From Lama glama (Eukaryota), in NCBI GenBank assembly GCA_028534125.1, contig CM052816.1, positions 32,552,001-32,616,000 of the forward strand: a DNA stretch of 64,000 nucleotides. The letters run 5' to 3'. The translations under genes were made by a program, and so were the position numbers. The notes under the pieces were generated by a model. That model ran no database searches, had not been told where the DNA came from, and worked only from the letters and a program-made list of their open reading frames with translations. Below are positions 48,124-59,658 of this stretch, one piece after another. How positions within the stretch are numbered: the stretch's first letter is position 1; each line of letters begins with the position of its first letter.

Positions 48124-48445
48124 CCTGAGCTGCCCAGTGCAGCAGACTTGCATGGCTTTTGAGCACTTGAAATGTGTCTCATCCTGATTGTGATGGGCTG
48201 CACATGTATAACACACACCAGATTCTGAAAACATGTTATGAAGAAAAGAATGTAAATGATCTCTCTGTAGTATGTTATATTTATTACATGTCGAAATAAT
48301 ACTGGGGTATATTGGGTAAGTAAAAGTAATTTCACCTGTTTCTTTTTAAAATGTGGTTACTGAAAAGTTACAAATTTTTGACAATTTGAACATTATAAAT
48401 GTCATTAGAATTATATTCTTAATATTTCTATTGGACAACACTACT
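48124..48445. mobile_element. hAT-Charlie MITE MER33
   Basis: catggct.ttgagcacttgaaatgtg..acacaccagatt..attacatgtcgaaataat..aatttcacctgtttcttt..tatttctattggaca. Confidence 0.85.
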
Positions 48446-49379
48446 GTAAAGTCTCTGTCCACATGCTCAAGCTGTTGTTTACAGCTTTGGGGTGTTCATA
48501 TTCCCTGAGTCTGTCCATGTACCCCAAGTCAGACAGCCCACTCCAGCTACAGATGAGGCATAAGCTGCAGGGCACTGTGTGCTTGGGCTGGTACAGACTG
48601 GGTCACCACAGAAATGTGTTGCCTGAGCTGCACATTAGGGTGATGCTGTCGGTCTTGGTTCAGGGTCACTGATAACAACATGCTTTTGGAGTTCGTTGTT
48701 TTAACTGATGAATGGATATTTTGCTGACTTTTATCCCAGAATCTTTATAGAGGACCTTTATAAGGAAGGTGGTATTAACTAGAGTTGTACTTCTCCTGAC
48801 CAGTGTTTACTGAGCCTTTCTATATGCCATGCACAGTTTCAGGTTCTTTACATCTCTTACCTTACTTAATCTTCACAACAACTTGCTGATACAGGTACCA
48901 TGATTTTCCCCATGGAGAGTTGAGACGTTGCGAGTTGTTGCTCACAGTGACTGAGCCCTTAAATGCAACTCTGACCCAAAAGCCCAGGTTCTAAATCTCT
49001 GCACGTTTATGAATGAACCCCATAAACAGTAGACCTGATCAGGCTTTCCTTCTGGTGATGGCTGCTGGAAAGCTTGGAGCATAAGAAGTGCGTAAGTGTA
49101 GCAGTCTTGCACTGTCCTCATTTCTGGCTGTATTGTATACCCCTATATTTGTTTTCTTTCTTTTTTTAAAAAAAATCTCCTAATTAAATCCGTTTTCCAT
49201 ATTTTATATATCCAGGTAAGTTGCCACACAGCATCCTTCTTTTAGATGAAGGCATTGTATGCACTCCTCAGATTCTCATGGCCTCGTCTGTCTCCCAGAC
49301 CGTGACTGCTTGCTCTGCCTCCCTCATCAATGTGACATTGGCTTTGTTTAGTGTGACGCCCACACTCCATATCTCTCTT

Positions 49380-49732
49380 CCTCTCACCATTTCTGAACTT
49401 AAATGAAGTGCCAAAGGGACCAAGTGATACAACCAGGAATTGCAGAGGTGTTATCTCTATAAGGTGACATTTAACCAATGGGTAAATGGAGATGGGAGGA
49501 AGACAGCAGGTAAACATTCTCTCTGTTCCTATGTCCAGTGGACCATTTCAAGGCACAGATTTTCTGAACAGACTCTCTAGAAGTATCCCCTGTGGTCACA
49601 TCTTTTCCTGCATCTTTTCCAATCTTGTGAACAAGTAGCCAGTTAGTATTTGCTTGCTCTTCTTACCTGTTTTAATTCCTTTTTCCTCACTCTCACTGCC
49701 CTGGGATTATACTTCCCAATATAGCATTACCT

Positions 49733-49770
<38 letters not shown>

Positions 49771-50028
49771 TTGTTAAGTAGAGGAATGGCAAATCAACCC
49801 TCTTTCCTTGAAATATCTATCTTTTCCTGCCCTTGGATGTCAGAGCTCCTGAAACAGGCATTTGGACTAAAACTGAGACTTACACCATCCATTCCCTTGG
49901 TCCTCAGGCCTTCAAACGCAGACTGAATCACATTACCAGCCTTCCTGGTCTCCAGCTTGCAAATGGTAGATACAGAATTATCTCTTAACTTGCCTCAGTC
50001 TATTTTCCAGGAAACAAAACTAAAGCTG
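49380..50028 (+). mobile_element. Old ERVL LTR (LTR16/LTR67-like) with (CT)n at 49735-49766 and an MLT2 fragment at about 49790-49975
   Basis: ttaaccaatggg..gatgggagga, ccctgggatta.acttcccaat, ttgcctcagtct.ttttc.aggaa; MLT2 ggtcctcaggccttca.acgcagactgaat..tctccagcttgca. Confidence 0.6.
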
Positions 50029-50289
50029 TAGAGAAGTGAATTAATTAATTTTCTAAACAAGCTGGCCAGGTTGTAGTTAACTTTGTATTCTGCTCTGCAA
50101 AATGCAGATATTTACTGCTGGAGCAGGGCAGCTGCGGAAGGGCTATAACAGCCACACCAGAATTTTTAATAGTGATTAGCAACCTGGTCATTATAATTTT
50201 CTAATTTTTGTCATTGTTGTCATCACCACAATTACCTTTCCCCCTGGAGAATCTGGTGGGTACAGACAGTATAAAACCACAGATGGATG

Positions 50290-50916
50290 GTCACCACAGG
50301 GCCCTTCACTTCTGTCTGATTTGGCTGCAGATTCAGAGGTCCCCAGTCCCCCTTTCAGGTTTGATAATTCACTAGAATGACTCACAGAATTCAGGAAAGT
50401 ACTTTGCTTATGATTACTGGTTTATTAGAAAGGATTTAACTCTTGGATAGCCGATTGGAAGAAGTGCATAGGGCAGGGGGCAGGTTGGGGGCTGTGCAAA
50501 GAGCTTTCATGCCCTCTGGGTGCACTGCCCTCTCAGCACATCGGTGTGTACTTCAACCTGGAAGCTCTCCAAGCCTTACTGTTCAAGAGACTATGGAATT
50601 TTCATTACATGGGCATGATAGATTAAATCACTGCCCATTGGTAATTGAACTCAATCTCCAGCCCCACTCCCTTTCATAAAGGCAGGGCTGAAAATTCCAA
50701 CCCTCTAGTTAATTGCTTTGTCTTTCTGTAGACCAGCCCCTATTCGAAACTATCTAGGGAACCCATCCCGAGTCACTTCATAAACTCAGATATGTTTGTA
50801 GGGGCATGTTACGAATAATAGAAGACACTTCCATTACTCAGGAATATCCAAAGGTTTTAGGAGCTCTGTGCCAGAATTGAGGCAAAGACCAAATAACTGT
50901 ATTTTATTATACCACA
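50290..50916 (-). mobile_element. LTR, MER21-like
   Basis: caggtttgataattcactagaatgactcacagaa, ttgaactcaatctccagcccc, ggttttaggagctctgtgccag..aaagaccaaata. Confidence 0.85.
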
Positions 50917-50919
50917 CCT

Positions 50920-51558
50920 GTGTATCCTTCCAGAGATACTTAATGCATGTACAAATATATATTTTATGCCACTTGAAAAATCCATAGAATAATACATACA
51001 TTATACCTTATCTTGCTTTTTTTATCTAGCAGTTCATCTTAGCAGTCAACCCATTTTAGAACACAAAGCATATTCTCCTTTTTTATTGACTGTATTCTAT
51101 TATATGGAAGTATTATAATTCATATCACTAGTCCCAACTTATAGACATTGAAGTTGGTTCAGTCTTTTGCTGCTATGAACAACCAGAAGTAACATTGCTG
51201 ACTCACAGTGTAGATGGGTGTCCATTTTGATTGCACCATCAAATGCCATCCACAGTGTTGCACCAACTTACACTCCCTCCAAGAATACCTGAGGATGCCT
51301 TTTTCCCCATACTGTTGTCATAACAATATGTCTTAAACTTATTAATCATTGTCAATGTGATAACTAAAAATAATTGTTCTTAATATAATTTTATTGATAG
51401 TGCTTCTATTGGAAATGATATTAAGTGTATTTTCCAGTTTCAAGAGCCATTTGTATCACATTTTCTGTAATCAATCTGTTACATACTTTGTCCATTTTAC
51501 TATTGGGTTTGTGAATTTATTGACTTGTAGGAGATCTTTATATATTAGAAGAATTGCT
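50920..51558 (-). mobile_element. Old L1ME 3' region
   Basis: gtatccttccaga, gtattctattatatgga, ttgcaccaacttacactccc, ctttgtccatttt.ctattggg. Confidence 0.7.
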
Positions 51559-51559
51559 C

Positions 51560-51877
51560 TTCAGGAAAAGCATGAAAGGAGTGAGAGAAGCAGAATAGGG
51601 AAGGGGTAATAAGAATGGAATAAAGGAGAACTTTGGGTGCTCATACATCTCCCTGCAGAGTTGTCTGTCCCCTATTAAGATAAGTGGTCCCAGTATCAGT
51701 GCGTGGTTGATTGTGAGCATACTTCTAGGGCAAAATGGGTCACTTTGGCTGAAGTCAGTTCTCTGGAGGAGGAGGGCAGCTGTAAGCCATCAGCAGCCAA
51801 CAGGTACAGCAGCTGGAAAAGGGTGCTTTGACCTGGTCACAGGGATTGGGTGGGCCAACAAAATAATGTCCACTACA
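51560..51877 (-). mobile_element. ERVL LTR, LTR16-like
   Basis: ttctctggag..gggcagctgtaagcc.tcagcagccaac..cagcagctgg..tccactaca (reverse of the LTR16 5' end). Confidence 0.7.
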
Positions 51878-52558
51878 GGAGGTGAAAACGAGTGTTTCAT
51901 TTTGGACATGGTAAGTTGGATACATTGGAGATATCAAGGGTCAAGTAAACAGTTGGAAAGTCTGTAACCCAGAGAAGAAGGTAGTGGTCAGCATATAGAT
52001 AGTATTTATTACGTGGCTATCTCTCAACTCATAATAGAAAAAGCACTAGCATATACAACAAAGTGAAAAAAGCCAGATGCAGAATAGTGTTTCATACGGT
52101 CTTTCTGTAAGAAAAGGGGAAAATAAGAATTCACACACTCACACATACACTCATACATATGCAGATATTTGCACATACATAAGGAAACTCTGGAAGACTA
52201 CACAAGGAGCTAATAAAAGTTTATCTGAAGGGTACATGGCTGGGGGTGGATGGGGACAGGAACAGATAAGAAACTTCTTAAAGTATTTTTATATAATTTC
52301 TATTTTTACATTCTTGCCTATTGTAAAAATAAATGCAATATTTTTTTAATTTTTAAAGGAAAGAAAGCTATGTGGATAGTTGAGATCTATGAAGAAAGGA
52401 AGGACAAGAAAAGAGGCCCCAGATCCAAAGCCTAAAGAATATCAACGTTTAGAATTCTGATTCTGAAGGAAGGACCAGCAAAATGCAAGAAGCAGGTAAG
52501 GCCAGATGTTGAAGGAAAAAACTAGGAGTAAGTGGTGTTAAGATTTCATTCATGGGAG

Positions 52559-52692
52559 CAGTGGTATGTGAGCCATTGTTAAACCACTGGGAGCTTGATT
52601 CTGGGAGTATTTATTTCCATGATGGAAAAAGGAAAATGCTACAAATCAGGGTGTTTTCCCCTCCTTGGGACCAGTTTTCTAGCACACCACTG
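52559..52692. mobile_element. hAT-Blackjack MITE, MER63A-like, inserted among L2 fragments
   Basis: Inverted ends CAGTGGTATG / CACACCACTG; internal gggagtattta..gctacaaatcaggg. Confidence 0.7.
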
Positions 52693-52699
52693 CCAGCAT

Positions 52700-53200
52700 G
52701 GAAGTTAGGAGAAGGGACCCTCTATGAATAGGGGAGAGTATTCAGCAGCATGAAATGCTACTCAGAGGCCAAATGAGACAAGGACAGAAATATACCTATC
52801 ATTTGTAGGGCCAGCAGCACAGAGGTCATTGATGACTCAGCAAGAGCAGTTTCAGTGGAGAGGTGGGCGTGCAAGCCTGCCCTGGAGGGAAGAGTGAAGA
52901 AGTAAAGACACTAAGTACTGGCCTCTCTTCCTATCAGTTTTGCTGGAAGGGGAGGAGTGAAATCAGTAAGTTGGTGACTTGGGATCAAGGAAGGAAAATG
53001 TATGTGTTTTAAGATGAGTAATACTAGAACTGACATGTACACTGATATGATTCCCCAGGGGAGAGGAAATGTTGGAGAGAGAGAAGACCAGAGCATGGCC
53101 CTTGAGATAGCATCCCAAGCCCACAAGAGGGACTCCCATTCGATAGGAAGGACATTTCTTCCACTAGAGGAAGAAGTTTCCAAGCAGCATCTGTGATGGG
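52700..53200 (-). mobile_element. L2 internal fragment
   Basis: aaatgct.c..agagg.caaat.aga..aggacagaaa, gaggtcattgatgac..agcaagagcagtttcagtggag. Confidence 0.7.
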
Positions 53201-54191
53201 GTGATGCCCAGATACAGAGGCCCTGCCAACTCCCTGCCTGCAGAAGTTCTTTACCAACACCTTGACATTGTTAAGACAGCGCACACACGTGCCTTTCTCT
53301 GAGACATGTAAGCAATTAGGAAATCTCTATGTGCTCTCAGTATCTGAAGTGGAGCTGGAGAACATACCTGAATTCTCAGAATTCTGGCCATGGGATAAAG
53401 GGAAGCTGCTGAAGAGTATAAATATCCCGGGCAGATGTGCTCCCAAGGAAAGGTTAGAGGTGATTATGTGTCAAGGTCTCACTGTCTGCCACTTCTAGAT
53501 TACACTTGACTTCAAAAAAGGTGCTAATGTTTGATTAATGCTTTCTTGCTTTTAGTAGCTCAGCTAAAAGCACAGCTTCCAGGGAACAGGTGGTACGTTA
53601 ACTGAAACATAAAAGAAAGAGATTAAAAATGCCTGGGATGAGAATGAGAAAGGCCTTTAGAAGATGGAAGTGATGATTTCCTTAATTGTTTCAAAAAGGC
53701 AAGGGCTGATCTTTCATTCAGAGAACGGTATTCCAGCCCCAGTAGCCGTTTTCCACCATCTTCTAACTATTTTGCAGCTATACAGACAAATGCCTTTGAT
53801 GAATCACACTTGAGTGGGGTTCGTGCTATGCTAACTGGGTGTTTATAGAGCTATGTATCACTTGTTTCTGAAAATTCTGTTGTTGCTCTGTTATTCCCTA
53901 AACGTGTGTGCATGACATGTGACTTGCGTTCTTTCCCAGCTTGGTGTCAGAGGTGGATTTTAAAATAGTTCCATTAAAATTCAAATGAAGATGTCTGTCT
54001 GTGAACAGTGTATCCAGGTCAATGTCTGTTGTTCACTGCATCTGACCAATTGGCAGCCTCTTGTATTTCAGTGGTGTTTAAGTGCATCCGAAGAGTTTAG
54101 GTGCATCTGAACCAGTGTTTGGTCCTCAGCCACCTTGTTCTCAATAGCAAAATATCATGAGGGAAGATTTCTCTCACACTATTTGGAAAGG

Positions 54192-54622
54192 TGTCTTAGG
54201 ACAGGCTACTTGGGAGCAAAACCTGAGACTGGGATTCTTGTGTAAGCAATGTGTTGTCAGAGTGAGAGAGTAACTCAGGAAGAACCCGTAAGGGAGTGAG
54301 GGAAGCAGAACCAGGGAAGGGAAATTATTAGGAAAAGATGTTTCAGGAGAAGTCTGGCCTCAGCCTTCTCTCATTGGGAACTCTGGAGAATGGATTGTAC
54401 CCCGGTGTGTTCTGTCAGTCATGGGTTACAGACCACCCTCCCATTGGGTAATAACCTCGCTGGCTTCTCTGCTTAAGGACATCCTCATTGGCAGAGGGCA
54501 GGTGCCCAACGAGGCAGCTGTGCACTGCTTTGAGCAGCCAACACCTGCAGCAAATGGAGCCGGGCAGGAGCTCCAGCCTAGAAAAGGAGGATCTGGGTGG
54601 GATACTAATAGCATCTGCCTCA
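54192..54622 (-). mobile_element. ERVL solo LTR, LTR16C-like
   Basis: tgtcttagg..acctgagac.gggattc.tgtg.aag..agggagtgagggaagcag..agcagccaacac..gatctgggtggga.act.atagcatctgcctca. Confidence 0.8.
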
Positions 54623-56129
54623 GAGAACAAATGGCAGTGGTGGTTCAAATTCCAGGCCATCACCCAGGAGCAGATCCAGCAGGGAATGTGAGTTCCCCTA
54701 AGCTGTGCCATTTGGATAATTGTTGGCAGTTCCTGAATGCTCAGTCATGGGACTTCTCAGTAATGAAAACAGAGCTGCCAAGTGATACCAATTGATCCAA
54801 GAACTAGAATTAGAAAGATATTCAGCCCACAAGCCTGCTGTTTCTGTTCCCCTACGTAAGGGTTGTTAAATATTTTGAGGGCAACTCCGTGTAGAAAACT
54901 ACACATCAAATGCACAATTTTTTTTTAGAAATGCTTGCATTTCACCAAGTTTGATACCATTAGAATTGTCCATATAAGGTAAGGATGATATCATGATATG
55001 AGCCCAGCTGTCCTTTTTGAAAGTTAAGTCTCACAGGGCAAAACCCTGTTAGGATGAGTAATACAAGGAGAGGCACAGGACAATTTCCTAGGTACATGAC
55101 GCTATATTGTTAGGAGAAGAAGAAGTACATTGTGTGCCCTGTGTTGTCAGAAACCAAAGGTGACTTGAGTAACTCATTCCCCAAGGTTAACAGATGAGCA
55201 AACAACACAAATCAATACTTGGTCTGCAGCATATTAATCACAGATGGAGACTCCCCTGCAGATTTCAATATTCTTGTTCTATCTACTACTGAAAGATACT
55301 TTCTCAAGCCATGGATTTCGAGATCTGAAAGTTCCATTATGAAATTTCTTGTTTATGATTAATGCTCTGGGCCAGGTAGGACTGGGATGCTGATGGTAGA
55401 ACCTGAGTGCAGGAGCTTGGTCATCCGCATAGTTGCTGAGTGGTGGAATTTCCAGGCAGGATAGTAGTACACTGGAGAAGAAACCTGGGGTAAGAACACT
55501 GAGGTGAATTCAAGGTGGAGGAGAGAGAGTGTCTTGCACCTAAAAGGAATACTCTCCCTGAGACAGGAACCAAGGTGGGTTCCAAAGAGAGCAGATGGGG
55601 AGAAACGTGATTGGGTGCCTGCAGAAATGATAGAAGTCATCCCAAGAGAGCATTTGGAAGGCAAGAACTGTGTCCCTTATTTTTCTGAAAACTCCCAAAC
55701 ACCCGTCTCTGTATATGGAGGGTATATGCCTGACTAGCTGGAAGCTCTTTGCATATTTGAGTTTTCCATTGTCCTCCAGAATGCCTGATGTTTTTAATTA
55801 AGAGCTTACTAAGTACATGTTTACTCAATATTGTGTTGTCATTAATGTTCTACAGGCCAATTAGTTTTAACTTATTCAGATTTAAACAGGAGGTATTAAC
55901 TGGGCACCTGTGTGAAAGGATAGCTTTTTGAGAAGTGCCATGTTTATAAATCACCTCAAGAAGCCTTTAAACTTCTGAATTCCCACCTCTTTAATTAAAT
56001 GACTCAGTGAGGAAATTTTGTTTCCTGGCTTCTTGACAGCCCCAAATTTCTCGGAACAGATTTTTGTAGGTAAATGCAGCAGCTCTCTGGGTGCTAACCT
56101 ACTGCTCTTTCCACGTCGATGAAAATAGC

Positions 56130-56727
56130 ATAGTGATAAATGCTGTACCCAGGAGTAAGTATAAGAATCTCCTGGAGATCCTGGTAAACTACAGACTTCT
56201 AAAAGAACATCCTAGAGATTATCAGTTATTAGGTCTAAGGTGGAGCTCAGAAATCTCATTCATAAGAAGCACTCACATTGTTCTGATGCAGATGTGTTTC
56301 AGTAGGCTATTGTCACAATAAAATTGCATCACAAACCACTCAAATCTCAGGAGCAGACAACAATAAGCTGTAGGTGAGCTGGAGTACAGTCTATCCAGGC
56401 TGGACTAGGCTCCAAGCTGTTGGTTGGGTTCAGATCTGCTGCACTTGTCTCTCATCCTTCTTGAACCAGCATCTGCCTGAGGCAGGCTCTTCTTGTGGAG
56501 ATGAGCAGGAGTATGAGGTAACAGGCTCAACCACTCAGGCACTGCCAAGCCTCTGCTCATCTCATCCTCTGACATCCATTGGCCAAAGGAAGTAACCAGA
56601 GCAGAAATCAAGGGAGGAGAAATAAACTATTTTTGTGGAATCCTGGTGGGGAAAGTCAATATTTACTGAATGATAATTTAATCTATCACAAGGTCTTATA
56701 AAAACTCTGTACATCGAAAAGCACTGC
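56130..56727 (-). mobile_element. MaLR LTR (MLT1H/I-like, about 56295-56690, minus strand) nested in a MER5-type MITE
   Basis: MER5: agaatctcctggagat..aggtctaaggtggagc.cagaaatct; MLT1: ggctattg.cacaataa..acaaaccactcaaatctcag..gggttcagatctgct..catccattggccaaag..aatctatcaca. Confidence 0.75.
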
Positions 56728-56782
56728 AGTCTTTGGAACCATCCAGAAAAAGTGAATGCAAGATCTGCTGTTTATGTAGTTA

Positions 56783-56793
56783 GTGACTCAGCA
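56783..56793 (+). promoter_or_regulatory. Perfect ARE / CNC-sMAF (NRF2, BACH) motif
   Basis: GTGACTCAGCA followed by AATATTT; motif match only. Confidence 0.35.
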
Positions 56794-56929
56794 AATATTT
56801 ATAAATGCCAGCCAGATGCCAGCCAGATGGGTAATTAGTATTGTTTATCTGTAAGGAGTCCACTCCAGAGGCACATAAGTACAAAGATAATTACAAGGCA
56901 ATGTGCCGGTTACCATATAAGAGAAGTAA

Positions 56930-57360
56930 CAAGATTTATTTTAAAGAAACCTAAAACCAACCTGATAAAAGCAAAACGTAATGCTCTCTGTGAGCCAGCA
57001 ATTGGAAAGTATCCTTAACATGGGGAAAATGTAGATTCAGATCGTAAGATGAAACCAAGTCCCAGAGTACTCTCTGGAGAAGATGGCTGCAAATGATGGA
57101 AGTGGCTCCTGGAATGTTCCAGGCTCACAGATTGTAGACACAAGGGCAAGAAGAGGCCTGGGTTACCGTTAGCTTAGCAACCAGCAAAAGTCGAAGAGAT
57201 GACATTCATTGGCCCAGATGGGGGCACATCATTCCTGTGATGCTAACTGGCCCAATATGGATTATAGTCTTCCTCCTGAAGGGAGAAGCAGAACTTACTG
57301 CCCATCACTCACGCGGGGTGACTTCCCAAGGGAGTATCAAGACACTGGTAGAAGAAATAT
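56930..57360 (-). mobile_element. Old MaLR LTR (MLT1K/L-like)
   Basis: aagatggctgc, cagcaaaagtc, tcattggcccagatgggg.cacat, ttcccaaggga. Confidence 0.5.
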
Positions 57361-58229
57361 CTCCAATCTGGAATACTCTACAGCTGAAATAAATAGACTT
57401 TGATGGAAAATGATGTCTCAATTCCCCTGGGAACCTAGTTCTGCACCTGGCACTTCAGTGCAGAGAGCATAGGAGCACAAAAAGAGGCTTTCTCCCTGGA
57501 TTCTTTTTCCCCAACTCTGAAAAGGTGAAGCCTGGGATGAGAAGAACTTTCCTCTCTCACAACAAAAGCTGAAAACTTAAACCCACCTTGCGCCTAACCA
57601 CCAGTCTTTCTGGAAACCCTTCCCCTCTTTGTCTCTTTGTGTTCCGCAGCTATTGAAAGTGGAGTGCTCAGAGAAGTACCTGACCTTGTTTGTCAGATGA
57701 GAAATAGAAAATGCTGACCCTGAATTCTATTTGCTCCCGCTGCTAACCTAGCAGTACTGCAGAATCTCAGACACTTCAGCAGCTTCTGTCAGGCTGGGGG
57801 TGTGGAATAATGAGTGTATAAAGCTCAGGGACAGAAGCCCTCTCTGTCCTCCAGAGGGAGGGATGCCATTAGCAAGGAGTAAGCACAAAAAGGAGTGATA
57901 TGTAGGCGTGCCCAGGAGAAAGGCCACTTTGAGCCAATACCGTTTGACCTGCTGGTACTGTTTCAACTCAGAACCATTTTTCTGCTTTGTGGTGTTGTCT
58001 GGGTCCTGCCATTAATTTTGTCAGAGGAAGAAAGTGAGCCCATAAGGACAAAGACACTACCTCATTCATTTTCAGAACTTAACATGAAACCCAGATTTAA
58101 AGAGGCAGAGACATCGAGTAGGATGTCTTTTGCAGATTTGAAAGGTGAATAGCTTTTACTTTCAACTTGCAAAAGAGAGACACAGGTTTGGAGATGTCAA
58201 TAGCAATGTCTCAACTGGGTACCTTTACA

Positions 58230-58655
58230 GATAAAGCAATAGACTACAACTCTTAACATATTTAACCAAAAATGTCATTTATTAGAGGAATCTTGGGATA
58301 TTGAGAGGATGGAAATCTAGAAAGCCAAATCATTAAAATAAACAAACAAACTCCTGTCCTTATAAGGGTTAGGACAGATACAAAGAGAGCAAGGATTTCT
58401 CAACCATCTCACTCAGGATTCAGTCTGCTCCAACATTTTTTACCCTTTTGCCATCACTCTGTTCAAAATGGTCCACGTCCTAGGAGGAAGTGTTAGATTG
58501 CCAACCACTTGGAGAGAGGCAGGCAAGACACTATCTCTAAGACTTAGAGTCCCATCAAGTCAACATTCAGGGGGGAAAGGTTATTCCCCTAAAAGAAAAT
58601 GAGGTGCTGTTAGAATAGGTGCTGTGTGACTACAAAATTCAAGCATCCAGCAGCT
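58230..58655 (-). mobile_element. Old MaLR LTR (MLT1L/N-like)
   Basis: aagcaatagact.caactct..atttattagagga, ttattcccc.aaaagaaaat.aggtgctgtta. Confidence 0.55.
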
Positions 58656-58713
58656 CATGAACATGGGAGCTAAAGTTTGTACTCTGTCTTTCCCTAGGCC
58701 AGCATGGTATAAG

Positions 58714-58900
58714 CAGAGGTTCTCCTGCCCCTTTGTCTAAAGATACTTTTGGTTGTTTCAGTGGGGAAGAGGTGCTGTGGGCCTCTGGTGGACAGCAAGC
58801 AGCCAGAGATGCTGTGAATAATCCTGCAGTTCACAGGACTGCCCTCCACAAAAAAGAACTATCCAGTCCACAGTGTCGATAGTGCCAAGTTTGAGAAACC
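58714..58900. mobile_element. hAT-Charlie MITE MER20
   Basis: cagaggttctc..tttttggttgt..ggtgct..gccagagatgctg..atcctgca..cacaggac.gcc..aagaactatccag..gtcgatagtgccaag.ttgagaaacc; flanks GGTATAAG / GATATAAG. Confidence 0.88.
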
Positions 58901-59494
58901 GATATAAGTAAAGACAGGGAATTGAGGTAATACACTGTGTGTGTTTACAAAATTTCAGTAATTCAATTTGGTGGAAGTATAAATTACATACAGAAAAGTA
59001 AAAGGAAAAAAACTTTAAAAAATAGTTTCAGACCAGATTTTGTGGGGTCTTGAATCACAGGCTAAGTTGTCTAGACTATATTTAATAGGATTAGAAGCTT
59101 TTCAGCCAAAAATTCTATCTTAATTGCCTGGGCGTGGCAGATCTCTATTTATTCTGGAGTTAACCTCTAGGAGATTTCTGGAGCACATGATTAAATGACA
59201 TGAGACTATCAATGACAAGACTTTGTCAGTGTCCGCTATCCTGGGCGGACTCTCAGGGTCTGTTCCTAGAGTTTTGCTTCTCTGTGCTTCTCATATCTCT
59301 CGGGTATATGATTTTGGAAAAGTCATTGCTTCTTAAGAGTAGATCTTCCTGCTAAAGAGAGTAACACTATTATCAAGTAATATAATGACATAGTAAAAAG
59401 AGTAGTAGTGAAAGGTAACATCAAGTAACACTCAAGTAATACAGCTATCAGATGATCTTTATTCTTCCAGAACAAGCTGTTTTTAAAATTAACA

Positions 59495-59658
59495 TATTTT
59501 ACTAGTTCATATTTTTTTCACACCTCCAAAATGAAATCAGGATGTACTTACAATCAATAGTATGCCCTGGTTTAATTTGTAACACCTTTTTCTTTCTTAT
59601 GGATATACAAAATTATGGCACTTGAAAACAATAGCACTTTAGATTCAATGCAATATGA
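59495..59658. mobile_element. TcMar-Tc2 MITE, MER104-like
   Basis: ttttttcaca..tgaaatcaggatg..ttacaatcaat..gtttaatt..tttttctttctta..aaaatt.atgg..ttagattcaatg.aatatg. Confidence 0.6.

Noticed and set aside
54421..54795. Cluster of four overlapping ORFs
   Set aside because: They lie largely in a GC-richer LTR16 element where stop codons are rarer.
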